A DNA stretch of 63,983 bases, counting the filler, from Tortispora ganteri (taxonomy: Eukaryota): assembly GCA_003707115.1 (NCBI GenBank). It is 17 parts of 17 records of this genome, joined end to end, with 100 filler letters (N's around TTAATTAATTAA, not from the genome) between each part and the next. Parts side by side here need not be neighbours in the genome. Positions count along the whole stretch, not along the records: positions 43,421 to 46,992 come from PPNB01000093.1; positions 47,093 to 50,497 come from PPNB01000094.1; positions 50,598 to 53,977 come from PPNB01000095.1; positions 54,078 to 57,450 come from PPNB01000096.1; 13 more parts are not named here. One strand, 5' to 3'. How positions within the stretch are numbered: the first letter of the stretch is position 1; every line of letters starts with the position of its first letter. The notes beneath the pieces are model-generated. The model was not told where the DNA came from. It saw only the letters and a list, made by a program, of their open reading frames with translations, and did not search any database. A program made the position numbers and the translations under genes. Shown piece after piece: positions 45,011 through 55,865 of this stretch.

Positions 45011-45841
45011 TCTTTACAAACAAGAGTACTCAACTAGAACAACGTTTAGCAATTATTCTCAGGTTTTCAGAAAACTCACTGATTGATCCTCTATTAGCAG
45101 AAGCTATGCGTTTGAAGCAGATCAGTTGGTTATTCTGGCAGGGTCGATGTCAGTTATTAAGCAAGCAGTAATGAATAGCTCTTGTTTTATTCGTAATAGT
45201 TTTGATTGGACCAAAGGTGCTATAGCAACGAAGACATATAGTTACCACATATGATACATTAAATTAAATTATTTATTAAAGTTGGGCACTTACTTGCCCC
45301 AAGGTATATAGTTGGCCGCAATATCTAAAATTCTAATCAAGGCTCATTATAGTTGACAATTGAACGGAAAATTTGTTAACTAGCAGGGTCATAAGCATGA
45401 TTGCAAGCAGGATCTTAAGTAGATTATACGGTATTGTGTGTTAGACCGATGGCTCAATACAGAAGCAGATTGGCAAGATATTACAGTTGGGCTCGACTGT
45501 TTGCGAGAGTGTGAAAATCAGCCTATATTCTTATCACCAACAAACGCTAAAATCCTCAAAATCTTCGAAAGCTTCGTTAGAAAGTCTATTAAAGATTTCA
45601 TATTTATTCTTCCGAATAGCAGCGAATGGGAAGTCAAAATGAAATCATTTAGACTGGGTTCCGATGTAAAGATAGTTTCATCTTTTGAGGTTGCTATTAC
45701 TTTAACTAGATGACACAGTCTTCTTATTGGCTCACTGCAGAGTCCTACACAAGAGATATAAGTCTACTCTGCAAGATGAGAAGATAATGGCGTCTATAAA
45801 TTGTACGTTTATCAGCGCAATGGTGTGTTAGCCTAACAGTT

Positions 45842-46992
45842 ATGAAAACAGCTACATCTACAGTCACTGAAGTTGCGACAGTATTGTGTGTTCCTCCACT
45901 GGAAACCACTGTAGTGGACTATCGAGAATTCACATCCGGACAAGGAGTTGCAACAGTATACGGTGATAACTGCATTCCTGCCGTGAAGACCGTAGACGGA
46001 TGGTACTGCCACAAATGTACCCCTGCGACAATCTCGTATGTACCTGCACCGCCACTTGTCAGCGATGCGCACACATACATTTGGTCGTACTACGAACAGG
46101 TATCTCTCTCTGTACATGTTGACGTCGATATCAGCTTCGAAATACCTGTCATTGTCACTGAGACCGTCACCGAGCCTATCTCCGAAACATCCATCGCTTC
46201 CAGTGTACCAAATACGGCCAAGCCGCTTGGAGAAGGGTGTATTGCTATGCCTCCATATACGCCTTCTGTGGTATATGGAGCTCTTTACACTGAACAAGCT
46301 GACTGGTCTGCCGCAGACGTAGCTACTGGAGTGTATCGGAGTGGCAATCTCACTACTTTTCCGTTAGGGGTTGATGAGTATAAACTTCATTTTGAATCTA
46401 CAGATGTTGGACTGACAGAAATCATGATGTATGTCTTGATGGAGGAAGTAAGCGGATTCAGAGTCTCGTCTGCTGCGGACTCTGGTAATGTCCTGGCGTA
46501 TGCCTTCATAGGAGAAGGCGCCATGGAATGTGGCAATATCCTCTCTATTGGCACTGGTGGCTACTCTGATCAGCAATATTTATCTTATGACAGCGGTTAC
46601 GTCGTATCTTTTGACTTCTCAGATTCAAAAGATCTCTATTATCCAGTGCGCTTTGTGTTCGTACAGGAATCGATGAACCGCAAACGTGCATTAGTTGGAG
46701 TCATTGCTGAAATCGAGCCAGTTAAACCAAATACTTGTTTGGATTGTGCGGATGCAGTAGTCCCTTTGGTTGCCCTCGGAGCCCTAGCTGTGGCACCAGG
46801 TGGAAATTCTGTCACAAATACTGCTAGTGGTGAATCAAGATCTAGTTATACTAGTTCTTATCCACCTATATCCTCAGATATAGAGTCGACTGCTTCTGAC
46901 TCGTCTTTGGTTTCATTTGAAAGCTCGTCTTCTATTTCTTTCGGCATATCTTCTTTGTCATTGTTTTCGAACTCCTCATTGTCGCCATCGCC
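45842..46992 (+). CDS. MKTAT-type family member, second haplotype (3' partial)
   Basis: Three aa differences from the 38391 copy. Confidence 0.87.
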
Positions 46993-47092
46993 NNNNNNNN
47001 NNNNNNNNNNNNNNNNNNNNNNNNNNNNNNNNNNNNTTAATTAATTAANNNNNNNNNNNNNNNNNNNNNNNNNNNNNNNNNNNNNNNNNNNN

Positions 47093-47677
47093 GCTATTGG
47101 TGCAGTATCCAAAGACGCGATTCTGCCGCGATTGGACGCTATGAAAGCCGGTGACGTTCTACTAGGTCTTGGATCGGATGGCGTACATTCTAATGGATTC
47201 TCATTAGTGCGAAAAATTGTGGAAAGATCAGGACTCTCTTACACATCGGCGGCTCCGTTTGACCCTACAAAGCTGCTGGGAGACGTGCTGTTAGCACCTA
47301 CTCGCATATATGTCAAACCAGTACTCAAAGCTGTCCAGACAGGAAAGGTTTTGGGACTTTCACATATTACAGGAGGCGGGCTTTTGGAAAACATTCCGAG
47401 AGCCTTGCCTAGCCATCTGGCCGCAGAATTAGATGCCACAAGCTGGCCACGTCTCCCTGTGTTCGACTGGTTACAAAAGACTGGTAACGTGCCTGTGGAT
47501 GATATGTGTCTTACGTTTAATAATGGCATCGGCATGGTATGCATTGTACCTGCAGAAGCAGCTGATGAGCTAAAATCAACTTTCCAATTAGAAGGCGAGA
47601 AAGTGTATACGATTGGAACACTGGTCAACAAGTGCAAGGAATCTGTGATTATCAAAAACAAGTCTATTTGGGCTTAA
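47093..47677 (+). CDS. ADE5,7: AIR synthetase (PurM) C-terminal part of bifunctional Ade5,7 (5' partial)
   Basis: GLGSDGVHSNGFSLVRKI, LLAPTRIYVK, SHITGGGLLENIPR, TFNNGIGMV. Confidence 0.93.
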   Translation, partial: AIGAVSKDAILPRLDAMKAGDVLLGLGSDGVHSNGFSLVRKIVERSGLSYTSAAPFDPTKLLGDVLLAPTRIYVKPVLKAVQTGKVLGLSHITGGGLLENIPRALPSHLAAELDATSWPRLPVFDWLQKTGNVPVDDMCLTFNNGIGMVCIVPAEAADELKSTFQLEGEKVYTIGTLVNKCKESVIIKNKSIWA

Positions 47678-47779
47678 AAACTTGGTATATTATTGTGTAT
47701 TTAAAAAACAAATATACACGGAATCGCAATTTTCGTTAATAAGTGCACAAAATAATAGACGTAAGGGATGTATCAATCA

Positions 47780-49855
47780 CTAGAAGTTTTTGGGTACAGG
47801 TTTAATATCAGAAGACCCCTGAACACTAATAGTGGTATCAAATTCCAGCAGAGTTTCAAACCGACCCAGGACAGCCAGACTATCACTAGCGTGCTCTACT
47901 GATACATAACGCAAAGGATACCATAAATTAGCTTCCACATTAATCTCAAGTTCTGCACTTCCGGAACCAACAGATAATAGAGAAATCTGGACACTAATTT
48001 TTGCCGTGGTATTTGTACCACCTTCTCCTATTGCTCTCATATCTTTGCACGACATAGCTGAACCACCTAGGTATAAGTAACTATCGTGGTAATATGTCTG
48101 CGTAAACGTGATAAGAACACTTGCTGCGCTATTCACCGTTATGATATTGCTTACGTCATTAGTTCTTATATAGAACAAAGTCTCAGATATCAGCGCTGAC
48201 ATTGCAATAAGATCATTAGAATAATATGACAGCGAAGTGGAATCAATGTCAATATTCGACCGAGTGCCATTTAATTTCCTGTATTCTCCATTAGCAAAAT
48301 ATGCATCGTCCCAGTCCCTATATGGTGTGGAATAAGTCGCAAAGAAAGCCGCGCCTTGAGTGTAGTTTAGTGAGCTGCACGTGGTCTCAGGAAGTAGAGA
48401 AGAAGACGGAATGTAGACACTCGAGCTCGAAGCTACCGAAGATGAACTGATATCACTCGTACTAACAGTAGTCGATAAAGGAGGGGCAATCGAACTAGTA
48501 CTTGATTGGACAGAAGAGCTAGGATCAAAAGATGAACTAGATTCAATAGATGAACTAGGTTCAATAGATGAACTAGGATCAAAAGATGAACTAGGTTCAA
48601 TAGATGAACTAGGTTCAATAGACGAACTAGCTTCAATAGACGAACTAGGTTCAATAGACGAACTAGGATCAATAGACGAACTAGGTTCAATAGATGAACT
48701 AGATTCAATAGATGAACTAGATTCAATAGACGAACTAGATTCAATAGACGAACTAGGTTCAATAGACGAACTAGATTCAATAGATGAACTAGATTCAATA
48801 GATGAACCAGGATCAATAGACGAACTAGGTTCAATAGACGAACTAGATTCAATAGATGAACCAGGATCAAAAGATGAACTAGATTCAATAGATGAACTAG
48901 GTTCAATAGACGAATTAGGTTCAATAGACGAACTAGGTTCAATAGACGAACTAGGATCAATAGACGAACTAGGTTCAATAGACGAACTAGATTCAATAGA
49001 TGAACTAGATTCAACAGATGAACTAGATTCAATAGATGAACTAGATTCAATAGATGAACCAGGATCAAAAGATGAACTAGGATCAATAGATGAACTAGGA
49101 TCAAAAGACGAACTAGATTCAATAGACGAACTAGGTTCAATAGACGAATTAGGTTCAATAGACGAACTAGGTTCAATAGACGAACTAGGTTCAATAGACG
49201 AACTAGGTTCAATAGACGAACTAGGTTCCAATATCGATATAGTGCTAGAGCTAGTAGAAATACTAGAAGTGATGAGAGAACTGTTCAAGTAATGATTAAT
49301 AGATGAAAATAACGCCGAAACTGAACTATCTTCAGTAGATATCTGAGTGGATGATATTGTCGATAGTGAATTCGAACTCTCTGAAGATAAACCCTGAAAT
49401 AGAGAAGAAGAAGCAAAGAAAGAAGACTGGAATATAGGAGCAATGCTGCCCGTCGCTAAAGATGTAGGTTTATTAGACAAAAGCAAAGTAGATCGATATA
49501 TTGGAGCAACATTAGCAGTAGTGGAAGGAGCAGGAACGGTAGTAGGAATAGTAACGACGATCGGTAATTGGACACTAACAGTTGCGTCTATAGAAATAGA
49601 AACATCAATTTGCTCGTAGTAGCCCCAAACATACGTGTGTTCATTGCTGACAAGTGGAGGTTTTAGTACATAAGTGACAACCGTAGGATGACACTCATAA
49701 CAGTACCAGCCATCAACGTAACTGATAGTGCTTGTACAATCATCACCGTAGACGGTAGCTAATCCCTTAGTCGAGGAGAAAGAGCGAGCATATACTGTGG
49801 TAGTATCTACCGGGGGCTCACACAGATAAGTCTCAATTGCCGTGATTGTTTTCAT
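47780..49855 (-). CDS. Complete 691-aa family member: N-domain, SSI(E/D)(P/S)S stalk, C-terminal GLEYA/PA14-like domain
   Basis: CEPP...GWYCYEC...PPLVSNEHTYVW; ANGEYR...ETLFYI...YLGGSAMSC...IGEGG...WYPLRYV. No signal peptide or GPI tail. Confidence 0.9.
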   Translation of the reverse strand: MKTITAIETYLCEPPVDTTTVYARSFSSTKGLATVYGDDCTSTISYVDGWYCYECHPTVVTYVLKPPLVSNEHTYVWGYYEQIDVSISIDATVSVQLPIVVTIPTTVPAPSTTANVAPIYRSTLLLSNKPTSLATGSIAPIFQSSFFASSSLFQGLSSESSNSLSTISSTQISTEDSSVSALFSSINHYLNSSLITSSISTSSSTISILEPSSSIEPSSSIEPSSSIEPSSSIEPNSSIEPSSSIESSSSFDPSSSIDPSSSFDPGSSIESSSSIESSSSVESSSSIESSSSIEPSSSIDPSSSIEPSSSIEPNSSIEPSSSIESSSSFDPGSSIESSSSIEPSSSIDPGSSIESSSSIESSSSIEPSSSIESSSSIESSSSIESSSSIEPSSSIDPSSSIEPSSSIEASSSIEPSSSIEPSSSFDPSSSIEPSSSIESSSSFDPSSSVQSSTSSIAPPLSTTVSTSDISSSSVASSSSVYIPSSSLLPETTCSSLNYTQGAAFFATYSTPYRDWDDAYFANGEYRKLNGTRSNIDIDSTSLSYYSNDLIAMSALISETLFYIRTNDVSNIITVNSAASVLITFTQTYYHDSYLYLGGSAMSCKDMRAIGEGGTNTTAKISVQISLLSVGSGSAELEINVEANLWYPLRYVSVEHASDSLAVLGRFETLLEFDTTISVQGSSDIKPVPKNF
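48515..49228 (-). repeat. 18-bp coding repeat (SSIEPS-type), about 40 units
   Basis: tcaatagacgaactaggt-type units. Confidence 0.95.
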
Positions 49856-50597
49856 CTTTGGAGAAGGAAAGAATTTCTAACAGGGCGAAAAGTCCCCGCA
49901 GATATAAACCATCAGTTTAGATCGACTAGATGGATTAAGGTTGTAAGAGTGTGTACTAAAAAATAAAATAACGTTATAGTACGGTCAGATAATGAAGCGA
50001 GTAGGAACGTCTTAGTGTTACTAGTATAGAGTTCGCCACTTTTGTGGGCGCCAACATTGATCGATGCATATAAGTATCACAATATACAATATGAAAAAAT
50101 TAGCATATTGATCTGTGTATTTAATGAACCCAAGATAAGATCCAAGTCGCTAGCAACAATTACAATTCGCTTTTTGGCCTAGTTTTGCAAGTTGCATAAT
50201 TTCATTACTGACATCGACAAAGGTTGATTGTACAAAGTCAAGTTGTAGCTAAATGAAAATTCATTTATTGTCCTGGCAACTAAAGGTAAAAGTTATGTGC
50301 TATGTAGCCTATCAAAACACATGCAAGGTTGACAGGATTGTGTAAGATGACCGATTATGTTCTAGATAGAAAACTTGCAGTCAAAGTGAAATGCTATTTC
50401 GCACTAGTATGCTAATGAAAATGTAGTATATGTGATATATGCAAAGAAAGAATATAACACGTACAATTCAATATTCGAAGGAGTCGATAATGATATGNNN
50501 NNNNNNNNNNNNNNNNNNNNNNNNNNNNNNNNNNNNNNNNNTTAATTAATTAANNNNNNNNNNNNNNNNNNNNNNNNNNNNNNNNNNNNNNNNNNNN

Positions 50598-50931
50598 AGA
50601 CTTTAAGCGATTTCAAGTTTCCGAGATTCGACGGTAATGTTTTGATGCGATTAAAACTGATATCAAGAATTTGAAGCTTTAACTCACAAAGAACTGGCGG
50701 AAAATTTGAGAATTTGTTACCTCTTAAGTCGAGACGTGAGAGCGGCAATGTAGACAGAAATTGGGGCAAGCGTTCAAGCAGGTTTCCTTGTAATTCAAGA
50801 CGCGTTATTTGCGGTATTTGTGCAAGTTCTACAGGCAGATCTTTTAAATCAAGACCCGAAAGACGCATTTCTGAAAGTTTATATCGTTTTTGCAATTCAG
50901 AAAGCGTTAAACGCTCATCATTTTGCGTCAT
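50598..50931 (-). CDS. Leucine-rich-repeat protein N-terminus (possibly Sog2-like; 3' partial)
   Basis: LxLxxNxL repeats: LELQGNLL, LDLRGNKF, LDISFNRI. Confidence 0.7.
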
Positions 50932-51020
50932 TGTTATCGGAAGTGATGATTTTCTTTAAACCGCCCCCACCCGTTTAGGTGTTACTACCTCTATTTCTCT
51001 ACCTACCACTACAATCCATA

Positions 51021-52823
51021 ATGTCGACTGTTATCGAGATTAATTCAGATGACGATTATTCGACGTCTACAAGTATTGATATTATTGAAATTAATGATTC
51101 TTCCGTTGAGAAGGCAGAACCGTTGACTAGTAAACAACCAAAACTACCGATCATTGATAGCTCGCATTTCTATGGGCCCTATAAACGTCGCTTCAGTTTC
51201 AGTGCCAGCGAAAATATTAGTATAGACGATTTGGAGAACTCTTCTTTTAAATTGCGTCGTTCAATTACAGATCGCAACTCTATAGTGCCAAACACGCCTT
51301 CTTCTTCGCGATCAAACCAATCAACACCATTACAAAGAACCACAAGTTCTCCGCTACCCTCTACAACTCAAAAATCACGTCCATTTCTTGAAGATTCACT
51401 ATCCAGTCTATTCTCTTCACCTTCGTCTGTAGAAAATGATAGGTTCACACACAACGCGATACGCTCTTTCCCTGATTTGACTACCGCGCCGCCTATCATG
51501 GACTATAGGTCTCTGTCAGTACGCACACCACCATCCAAAAAAATTGATTCAATGGTTGATCAGCTTCTCAGGGAAGCACATAAATCTGCTAAAAAGAAAG
51601 CAAAAGTAGCCAAATTGGCTTCTAAATCAACTGAACCCTCTGTTCGTCCAACACGTTCTTCTGTTGATCTCAACAAAATCAGTTCAACGCCTACTCGTAA
51701 TGGCAAGAAATCTATTGTATCAGCAAACTCTTCTCTTAATGCATGTCAAATGCCTCAAATTCAAAACATATCGATGGCTCAGCCTGCAGAACCCAATACC
51801 GCTCCTATCGCTCCGCGGATCATCAAAAAGTCAAAAACCAAAGACTCTTCTTCTACTGATCGAGAATATACTGCACGTATGTCTGAACTCAATAAAGCTA
51901 ACCCTACAAAGAAAGATTTTGCCAAAGAGATGATTGTAGAGTTTGAAGCATCGTTTCAAAACTCAGAATTGTTTCGCAACTTGTCAGATATTCTCACACC
52001 GCTCGGCGCCGAAGTCAGAATCGGCTCCTGGACACAACCCACTTCCTGTATAAAATGGTTCAGAGCTTTTGAAGGGGAATATAACCCTGATAAGGACCTT
52101 TATGTTCCGGGTCCAAAGAAAATCATCCAAGAGCCGCTCATCTTGCGCATAATTTCTGGCGAAGACTTCATCGATCTAGTGAAATCCAACCAGATCGCTG
52201 CTTACCTTCGCAAGTTTTCAGAAGAATTTAAAGGCTATACAATTACAATTCTGACAGTCGCGTTGAATAAAGCATGCAGAGCTGAACGCGCAGCTGTAGA
52301 GCGTGCTATCAGGAACCAGGTTAACAGAACAATTAATGGCAACACCTCTACAGACACTCTTAGCACTCAAGTGCACTTCGATGAACGGTCAATCACAGAT
52401 AGCATAATTGAAAGTATTATCAGTTACGATACACATTTCATACAAGTCAATAATCAGGACGAAGCTGCCGAAACTCTCTCGAGTTTCACGCAAGACATAG
52501 GGTACTTGCGTTACGTCAGAAATTTAACAGATCTAAAAGCAGATTTTGAAAGCTCTTCTTTGCAGATCCGATCTGCTCAAACAAGCGAAGAAAGTTTGTC
52601 GACTATGCTAAAAGAAATTCGCCGTATGACTCCTAATATTGCAGCTTCTTTATCAGAATCTTTCTCGCATTCTGTGATTTCTTTGCATTCTGAATGCATT
52701 AAAAAAGGTGCAGATTTATTGACAAACATGATGGGACCAAACGATAGAAGGATTGGCACTAGCCTGTCAGCGTCTGTCCACAAAGTTTTCACATGCACTG
52801 ACCCGAACGCTACAATATGCTAG
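51021..52823 (+). CDS. EME1: Probable Eme1/Mms4 subunit of the Mus81 endonuclease
   Basis: Disordered N-half; KEMIVEF...IKWFR ERCC4-like region; FTQDI and RRIGTSLSASVHKVFTCTDP C-terminus typical of fungal Eme1. Confidence 0.72.
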   Translation: MSTVIEINSDDDYSTSTSIDIIEINDSSVEKAEPLTSKQPKLPIIDSSHFYGPYKRRFSFSASENISIDDLENSSFKLRRSITDRNSIVPNTPSSSRSNQSTPLQRTTSSPLPSTTQKSRPFLEDSLSSLFSSPSSVENDRFTHNAIRSFPDLTTAPPIMDYRSLSVRTPPSKKIDSMVDQLLREAHKSAKKKAKVAKLASKSTEPSVRPTRSSVDLNKISSTPTRNGKKSIVSANSSLNACQMPQIQNISMAQPAEPNTAPIAPRIIKKSKTKDSSSTDREYTARMSELNKANPTKKDFAKEMIVEFEASFQNSELFRNLSDILTPLGAEVRIGSWTQPTSCIKWFRAFEGEYNPDKDLYVPGPKKIIQEPLILRIISGEDFIDLVKSNQIAAYLRKFSEEFKGYTITILTVALNKACRAERAAVERAIRNQVNRTINGNTSTDTLSTQVHFDERSITDSIIESIISYDTHFIQVNNQDEAAETLSSFTQDIGYLRYVRNLTDLKADFESSSLQIRSAQTSEESLSTMLKEIRRMTPNIAASLSESFSHSVISLHSECIKKGADLLTNMMGPNDRRIGTSLSASVHKVFTCTDPNATIC

Positions 52824-52898
52824 AGGCTACATGATTGCAGGAAACTATATTGATATTGTGTCATATTGTTGATTATCTAGCTCATATAAGCATAGATA

Positions 52899-53975
52899 TT
52901 AATTGTAATCTAATCGCGGGATTGGTTTCAAAGAATCGTTCAGAGATAACCCGGGAAGCTCTTTCTCGAGGATTGCAGAGGAAGAGGAAGATGAAATCGT
53001 GTTAGGAGACGCTTCAATTGCAGTCTCTTCTGATATATCAGTCAGCCCTTGTCTAACTGCAAGTACTGAGTCAACAATAACGGCGTCGAGCCCGTATTTC
53101 ATCTGTAAACGCGCGTACTCGGGCGTGTTGTTCATTGTACCATAAGAAAAGCATACTAGTCCTGATTCCTTTACAACGCGGATCAGTCTCGGACACATGA
53201 TTAACGGCTGACACGCAGAAACGAGACCCAAAAGGTTCCAGCGGGATGCAAATCTGATTGCCTCTTGTAAGCTGGTTGCACGAATATCAGCCATATGTTC
53301 TGTGCCTGATTCGGTCAAGTACAATATAGGAATAGACGGTTGTTTCAGCGACAACATGACGCAGATATCCGGATGAAAACTCGAAAATATAATATCTCTA
53401 CCGTTCATATTGTCGTAAACAACTTGTAAGACCTTGTCTACCCAACTGTTCATATCAATTGCCATCTCGTCCATATCCTGTGCCTCGCTCTCATCGAGCA
53501 TGGGATACTTGCATTCGATGTTGAACCCCACACTTGGAGGCAAAATCTTGAAGACATTCTCTAGAGTAGTGAAAGGTGCCTGAATACTCACTCCGCGAGT
53601 GTTTCCTTTAAACCCTTTCTGCTTGAAATCGCGCGTAAACTTCATTCGTTCGTTTATGTCATCCTCTTCGGTATAAGACTCCAGCGAATAGGAGCGCGGC
53701 CGTCTACTACTGTCTCTTTCTGGCGATATGAGTGTGCGCCGGCTCGGCGACGCGTTTCTGCTGCGACTGCGGCTCCTGTTGGAGTGTTCCGACGCATTCA
53801 AGAACTGTTCCACTGTCAACGCATGCATGGGCACATCTATACCCGTTTCACCGACGAGAAAATCATGGTAGATGACTGGCACATAATCCTTGGTAAGTTG
53901 AACGTCAAATTCGACATAGCTGGCGCCCAGGTTAGCAGCCGCAATGAAAGATTCGACTGTATTCTCTCCGAGTTG
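52899..53975 (-). CDS. GDE1: Glycerophosphocholine phosphodiesterase, GDPD domain (5' partial)
   Basis: QLGENTVESFIAAANLGASYVEFDVQLTKD, FKGNTRG, GFNIECKYP, IIFSSFHPD, DAVIVDSV. Confidence 0.93.
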   Translation of the reverse strand, partial: QLGENTVESFIAAANLGASYVEFDVQLTKDYVPVIYHDFLVGETGIDVPMHALTVEQFLNASEHSNRSRSRSRNASPSRRTLISPERDSSRRPRSYSLESYTEEDDINERMKFTRDFKQKGFKGNTRGVSIQAPFTTLENVFKILPPSVGFNIECKYPMLDESEAQDMDEMAIDMNSWVDKVLQVVYDNMNGRDIIFSSFHPDICVMLSLKQPSIPILYLTESGTEHMADIRATSLQEAIRFASRWNLLGLVSACQPLIMCPRLIRVVKESGLVCFSYGTMNNTPEYARLQMKYGLDAVIVDSVLAVRQGLTDISEETAIEASPNTISSSSSSAILEKELPGLSLNDSLKPIPRLDYN

Positions 53976-55865
53976 CANNNNNNNNNNNNNNNNNNNNNNN
54001 NNNNNNNNNNNNNNNNNNNNNTTAATTAATTAANNNNNNNNNNNNNNNNNNNNNNNNNNNNNNNNNNNNNNNNNNNNGCGAGTACGGCGTTCTTCAATAT
54101 CATATTTGGCTCAGCTCTGCGCTGGTACTCATTTTAGATTGTTTTTGTTATTGAACAGTACCATCGGCTGGCCGCGTGGAGTACGTTTTCGGCTTTACTG
54201 TACTCAGCGTAAAGGGTTCATTTTCAGGATATGATATCCATCCGGGCGTTTAGATTTACACTTATAGACATATTTAAAGATGCATGTTTGACTGAATGTG
54301 AATAAACAGGCATGCATTTGTCCATGTGAATTGCCAAAACGATCGATACTAAAATACGGTGTCTGGAAAGCCGACTGAACAAACAGTAGCTGAACTTAAA
54401 ATTTAATTAAATGAGCAAGAGGAGACTAGTGCGATAACCGCAGCTGTATTGCAAACTGCAAACTGCAAACTGCAAATTGCACCATGGCAACAATGCTCGC
54501 GGACCAGTAAATCATTGAAGCAGAGCCTAGAAGGTTGTATACTTTGTTGCTGAAACGACTGAACGGAATACAGGGTGCATCATAAATTAGGCAGTTAGTG
54601 GCACATGACAAATACCATCACAGTTGGTTTAACGGTAGATAAGGTTTTCTATTTTTGCCTTTCGGTAGATTCTACTATGAGCCTTGTTATTGGCGTATCC
54701 GACAAAAAAAAGGTTGAGGATTTAGTTAACTGTCTATAATCTCGCAGTATGGCGACTGTATAGCACGCGGGAGTATGCAGGATGATATGCTTGGAATCGA
54801 AGATGGGTACAATGACGTATCGAAAGCAGAGTATTGCAAAGCAGTGCAATTGCGTTACATGAAGAACAAGCAAGAACAAGCAAAGACAATAAGTGCAACA
54901 GAATTTCTCTAACAATATTTTCTCTTAATGAAGTTTTGAGCTAAGTTTACCAATTGGCCAAGAAATGAGTGCAGTGCTAAAATATCTTAAATCTCAGAAC
55001 ATCCAGGTATCAGTGAAGTTAGTTTACCGCAATTAGATTGCGAGCTATATCGTTGGTGTTGGTTTCCAAGACCGAAGAGACTGAAGAGATCAACAATGCA
55101 GAGCGTCTATGAAATAAGAGTGATCATATATGATCAGGAGAAAGAGTCTCCCTCAACGATTAATCTCATCAATGAACAATTATGTGATTGTGCGATTTGG
55201 AGTTACTTAGAGACTAACAGCAAAATAGGACGTGGCTTTAGAGATATTAACACTTACTTTAATAAAAATAAGCGCTCCGATAGGACCGAAGAGAGCAGTA
55301 TTTGTAAAATTACTTAATTACTGCAGCCTCAAGCATGTCCTTTTTCAGATTAAATGAATGATTTAAACCTTGAACGTGCATAAAACCTACATACTTATTG
55401 AGCAGAGCTTAGTTTGATTTTTATTTAAATTATGGAAAAAACTCATCCTTACTTGCCAACGGCCAGTGCACATCATTGACTGATCAATGATCAATGCCTT
55501 CCACGACATAACAATCTACAATGGATTTGCTTTTTCAGAATAGAACCAGTATCGACAACGCTGCAAGTTGCTGGATGGTACATGCACATTGTTTCCAGTT
55601 ACATTCTGCGGCATATCGAGCGAACGAGTTTGAGGCTGAAGTGTTTTAGCCTCAATGCTAATAACTCTAAATACGCAGCAACCAATCAAGGTCAACTTTG
55701 AATTTAGGCATTGTGACAGGATTCGGCGAGTAGAAGCATGTCAATAAGGCTAGGCCGAATAAGACAACGATAAGTTTTCATTGAAGACGGCAATAAGCTT
55801 TATATGGTTTCCGCTAAGATTTAAAAGAGGCACTGTGCGCCGCTTCTTGCCTTCAATCGCTCTCT

